Positions 58,801 through 64,000 of a DNA stretch of 64,000 nt are shown one piece after another. The position numbers were made by a program, and so were the translations under genes. Numbering within the stretch: the first letter of the stretch is position 1; every line of letters begins with the position of its first letter. The DNA is from Bugula neritina (taxonomy: Eukaryota > Animalia > Bryozoa): NCBI GenBank assembly GCA_964035545.1, contig OZ037767.1, positions 2,305,680 to 2,369,679 of the forward strand, written 5' to 3'. The notes under the pieces are model-generated. The model saw only the letters and a program-made list of their open reading frames with translations, did no database searches and was not told the origin of the DNA.

Positions 58801-61800
58801 ATTTAATTTCTTTTTATACTTATTAGCGGTTATGGTTGGTTACATAACTTATCTAAACATTTGTGCCTCGTGCTTCACATTTTTTAATATATTATGTGTG
58901 CATTTTTTGTGTAATAGCAAAATTAATTTATTCGTAGCAGAAATAACAAAATGTTTACAAAACTTATTCTTTGCAAGTATTGAAGTTATGATGTATTAAA
59001 TTAGACTATTTGCTCATTATTCCAGGTGAGACGTACAAAGCGCTGGTGGTATACGAGAGACTGCTAGACATGCATTCCCGTCTGCTCTCTGACCAGGAAG
59101 TCTGCGAAGATGTGTGGACTGAGGAGTTCATATCGGTACTCCATATGAATACTAGCATAGCCTACAAGACTGTAGGTAACATCGACATGGCCCTCCATTA
59201 TGCACAGAAATACCTGCGCAATCTGGAACAGACTGAAGATTTCTCTGGTTGGTGTCTTCACTTTCCTATTTGACTGAATTATTTTGTAAGAAAGGCAGGC
59301 TACTGTAACAGAAGATTCTAGCAATTATTTAGTTTAGTAGAGCTAGTGGAGTCAATAAGAACTATTAAATTATTTACAGCTATAAAGTTTTTTTTGAAAA
59401 AGTCTGAATTTTAGAACTTTATATTTTATTGACTGATAACATAAATAAAATAAAATAGTTTTAGTCAAAATGGTGCTCACAATATTTCCAATAATTCTTA
59501 CACACTAATCTTTTCGAGGCATTTGTCAATCTAAAGTAACTTTTCAAGTGAAGACAACTTTCTACTAAACCTACACACACTATAGAGTTGCGTCTTTTAA
59601 TATTCCAACTGACCATTTCAATTACTAGTACTTAAGATAATGATCGCCAATATATGCTTTTATGTAACTATTTTCCTGTAAGAAATGTTCAGTTGATAAC
59701 TTAAAGATAGTGGACCACTCTCTTATAGTGTTGCTATCACCGTGGGACTTTAATTACTGCAGGTCTTAGCCTAATTCACAAGCATATGGGCACATTGTAC
59801 GAGACTGTCTGCCAGTACTCCCACGCTATCTCTCACTACAACAGTTTCTTGGCTATGGCGAAATGCTCTGGTGATTCTATACAAATAGCATTGGCTTACG
59901 GCCATCTTGGATCAGTTTATGGACAGATAGGTATGACTTGCTCTACAGTCTTCCGGATATTTCCATTAATAGAGTTGTCAATACTTTGCAAGACTTTGGT
60001 CAAGGAGTTGTTTTCCTTTTTAAATTCTGTTCAACAATTAGAATTAAACAGTCAGCCCTTTAAGTTGATAAATTTTTGCTTGTTAAACTTATTGGTTTTG
60101 AAATTGTCTTCCCTTATTACATGACGTCTACTTGGAGTGCACATAACATTGAGGTGACAGAATATAAACTATTATGATAAAACATTTTCTACAGGAGAAA
60201 GCAACTTACAAGTTTTCTGACCTACATGATATGCTTTAAATAACTGACTGATACGTTCTTTTTTCTCAATTGTGTTTTTTCAGTATCCCAGATTATAAGA
60301 AATGTAAAAATTCATGTTGCTGTTACTAAACATGTTTGATTTTCTGATAACAGAACTAACTAGTAGAAATCATTATCAACCTAAAAATGCCATACTCTAA
60401 TATTTGAGTAAATAGTTACCCCATAATTAATTGTCTTGACATGTTATGGAGATATTGCCTGTAATCTACTTACCATGTCTAGTAGGTTTAGGGCCGTGGC
60501 AGTTGGTATAACCTCTGTTCACAACATCATTGTAGGGTTGTGGCCAATCAGTCTGGTATACCATGACAGACATGTGTGTGGAGTATTCAATGTCTTAAAC
60601 TCTCTGACGGATGCAGACAACTTAGCCAAAGATCTAGCGAGAATTAATGAAGTGAAAAAGGGGGTGGTGCAGGCGTACGACATGTATGGAGATACAATGA
60701 TGAGGAGAAAAGACTACGAGGAAGCTAACAACCTCTATCAGTTGATGTACAAATACTGTGAAAGGTACCAGATAGTGAATACGTTGAATTGCTTATCATA
60801 AAATGATATTCTATAAATTTATGTTTTGAAGTTGTGTTCTCTCCTCTTTGTTGCACGAGGTCGTGTAATTTAAATGACCTTCAAGACCAAGTTAGTTTCA
60901 TTACATCATTAATTTGCTTTATATTTAGAAGATTTTGTATTAAATTCTCTAGTGTTTTGATATGCTGAATATAGGTAGCCTTATTTTTCAGCATAAAAAG
61001 TGAAAACTTTATACACACACCACACACCTGTACATAATTTCCATTTTCAAAAGCATAGCTTTGTATGATTGACAGTTTTGAAATAATATTACATAATTCA
61101 TTATTGTTGTATAACGCAGTATTGTTTAGCAGGTTTGCAGTAAAGTTTCACTTTTATATATGAGTTTCTGTTTTACTTCTGTAGAGGGCCTCTAAACAAA
61201 TCCCGAGCTCTGTACAAAACAGGAAATAGTCATGTTGCCATGGGCAACAGCCAACACGCTCTACACTACTATGAACAAGCTCTTGCACTCTGTGATGATG
61301 AGTTTGTGCATCTCATGGAAGACATCAAGGTGAGAAGATGAAGTATTTACCAGGAAGTCTAACTATAGTAGCACAATAAACATGATTAGGAGTAATCTCC
61401 TCATGTTGAATAGCCATAGACTGAGTTCCTCATTATAATTATTACAATATATATTATATTATATTATATTACAGTATATATTATATTACAGTATATATTA
61501 GTTTACAGTATATATTATATTACAGTACATATTATATTACAGTATGGTATAGCCCTCTCAGTGCAGAACTCACCCTCATCTATGGACCTGGAGAAAGGGA
61601 GGAAGTATTTCCAGCAGTCTATTGACTCACTCAAGACACGAATACAGGAGTGTCTTCAGCATCACAAGTTTTTGCCTCATGAGTTGCTGCAGAAACTCGA
61701 CAAATCTTTTCAAGGTAGATGTAGCTCTATTTGATAGTGAGGAGGGTAGTTTTGTTTTATGATATCACTAATGTAATGTCTGTGGTTTTTATGGCTAGTG

Positions 61801-64000
61801 TGTGCACCATAAACTGCTACGCAACTTTTCAAAATAACACAATGTGTGTTTGTGTAACACAAGAGGATAAATTAGAGAAAAGTAGGCATAAGAACTTACC
61901 AGGAAAAATACAAAACAAAAGTGCATAAACAAAAATATGTATTGAGCAAGTAAGGGCTGATAAATAACACAACACATATCAGTTTTTCACAAGCACGTTG
62001 GTGGTTAATTAGCCCAATGTGTGTTATATTAGAATCATTCAGTAGCCCATAGCTATAATTTTACATATACTAGTAGTTGTCCCCTCTGTGTAATTAGACT
62101 ATATTATTCCAAGTGAGTCACCGCATAATGTATCACCTAATAAGGTTTATATTCATACTAATGTCTGCCTGTCTCTAGGAATTCAAACGGTGCTGGCAAA
62201 GCTGGGCTGTGATGCCGACTGTTTGGAATACACAGAAGATTCTAGAATATTTGCCACTAGACTGACCAGCAAAGCTGCTGTTTTCTCTAGATTACCACTG
62301 AGGTCAGTGTTAACTGCAGTAAATGTTCTAGTTGACAGGGTTTAACTTCTATACAATTAAAATCTAATTGGTGAAGCTCTTATGTGTGTGAGAGAATAAA
62401 AAGAGAGAACCAGCTACAGTGATGGTTTTTAAAGTAGAGCTATTTTAGTAAACTATATACTACTCTAGACATGACATGGGCCTGTAGATATTAAGAAGTG
62501 TATTTATAGGACATTTTCAACCTGCCTACCATTTTGTTACCCATGCTGTCTCCATTCAGTTATAATTTTGTTAAATTTTGGTTATAATAATAATAATAGT
62601 GTCACATAGTCACTGGAGTATTGTTGTTGTGTCAGAAAAAAAATTTCTATTGTATTTTTCTATAAAAATAACTAAAACTATTTGGTAAAAATAATATATA
62701 TATTTAATATGTTTATACTGTTTACACTTTATATTCGTTGTCAGACTAGACTTCAATGCATTGAGCTCTATAGTGAAGAGTCAGGGTGCCACAATCCTCT
62801 ACTACAGTTTTCTTCCCAACTCACTCTTGATTTGGCTGCTTAGTCCTGAAAAAGGTCTTCACAGGTAAAATATTTATACTATATGATCTATATAAGCAGC
62901 AGGGTGTGAGAGTATGTGAATTATTTGTAATAGACTGAGTACCATACAATATTATGTGGTTGTTTCTAGGTTTTATGTTAAAAAGCCACAAAAGCTGACA
63001 GGCAGTGTAGAGGCAGAACTGAAGGCTTTACTAGATCCATGGCTGTGCAGTCTGGAGAAAGAGTACAGTAAGAGTGTGTACCGGTGTGAGCAGAGGTTTG
63101 TCCAGGTGTGTCATCACTTTTATTACCTGTATTTCTGCAGCAAGAGAGCATTTGTTAGATTATAATAAAGGTTGCTTTGTTGATATAGGTCAATAGTTCA
63201 CAGTTCTGTTCCTTAGCCTCAGCACCTGCGTTTGCAACTGCTTGTACATTATATTCTTCAGAGGAAATTGGAAGAGCAGGAGTCGTCTGCTCTCCTAGAG
63301 AAACGTCTCAAGTCAAGTATTCTAAAACGAGGCTCCAGTTGGTCCACAGCTGAAAGGAAAAATCTGGTGAATTCACAGACACTGGACGGAGAGAGCGATG
63401 AGTCATCAGCTGCTCTCAATACGTGAGATTTGCTTCCTTTTGTTTCAAGTTGCACTAGTGTTTGTCAAATAGATGTTAAATGTTGCCCCAGTTTTCATTA
63501 ATTGTAGCCTCAGTTTTGCAAACAAGTTAGAAAATCTACAACAAATAACCAATCATTGAATTCGCAGAATCGAAACTGTCATGTACAGAATTGGTTGAAA
63601 AGCTGCTCTAACTGTAATTTATCATGTTAAATATGTAATTATGAAGTACAAGTTTTTTGTATCAATTATCACTAAGAAACAACTTTTTCAAGGTACACTA
63701 AAATAAGTTTAGATTTGTTTGGAGCTGAGTATATTTGCTATTAGATTTCCTTGTTTTCCTGTACATGGCTACGTGTGGAACTTTTCAACAGCCGGGTTTG
63801 TAATAGGAAACAGTGTAGCTTGTAAGTTGCTCCGTAATCTGGAAAAGGTAGCAGACATTTGAGATGATCCTCTAAAGTCTAATATAATAAACTATTGTAG
63901 AGAAGACGATTCCCAGAGTCAGATAGAAAGGAAGTTATACAAGTTTCTAGTGAGTCCAGTTGATGACATTCTCTCAAAGGTCGTAAAGAAGGGTAACCTT
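55820..64000 (+). CDS. TTC28-like tetratricopeptide-repeat protein, partial (probably continuing into a CHAT domain beyond the window)
   Basis: Phase-compatible exons 55820-55885, 56349-56558, 57091-57268, 57755-57867, 58346-58520, 59026-59247, 59763-59930, 60536-60764, 61185-61329, 61543-61714, 62179-62302, 62745-62863, 62970-63105, 63262-63422, 63901-end. Many TPR helices (ALAYGHLGSVYGQIG, ALHYYEQALAL) then ILYYSF...LLIWLLSP and KLYKFLVSPV, typical of the pre-CHAT region of TTC28-type proteins. Confidence 0.8.
57851..57957 (+). repeat. 25-bp tandem repeat x4 spanning a splice donor
   Basis: AGCTTCAGACTATGCAG|GTAAATAG repeated at 57851, 57876, 57901, 57926. Confidence 0.95.
61460..61545 (+). 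repeat. 17-bp tandem repeat x5 spanning a splice acceptor
   Basis: TATATTATATTACAG|TA units with AG ending at 61474, 61491, 61508, 61525, 61542. Confidence 0.9.

Overview
AT-rich, intron-containing eukaryotic genomic DNA, most consistent with a marine invertebrate (species not determinable here). Left to right: (1) the 5' half of an intact-looking Ty3/Gypsy LTR retrotransposon (minus strand; LTR, tRNA-Leu PBS, gag, -1 frameshift signal, protease and RT running off the window), lying in an intron of a secreted VWA-domain gene; (2) four three-exon Ly6/uPAR (three-finger, quiver/sleepless-like) GPI-type genes, two of them a recent ~4 kb tandem duplication; (3) an orphan basic-protein gene and a very young 3.7 kb pol-less LTR element inside that cluster; (4) a C-type lectin + 2 Sushi gene and a CUB-like type I membrane gene; (5) a ~1.24 kb perfect (CA)n tract; (6) an 8-exon 2-aminoethylphosphonate transaminase (PhnW/AEPT) gene with a mitochondrial-type presequence, head-to-head with a TTC28-like TPR gene that runs off the right end. 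The most unusual item is the 13420-17094 LTR element. It has near-identical LTRs, a 5-bp TSD, a PBS and PPT, an intact Mag-type gag ending in a UGA-CUA readthrough context, only a 38-codon integrase-like tail where pol should be, and a second triple zinc-knuckle/coiled-coil ORF in the env position. All gene models were assembled by hand from GT-AG sites and phase matching; no database searches were run.
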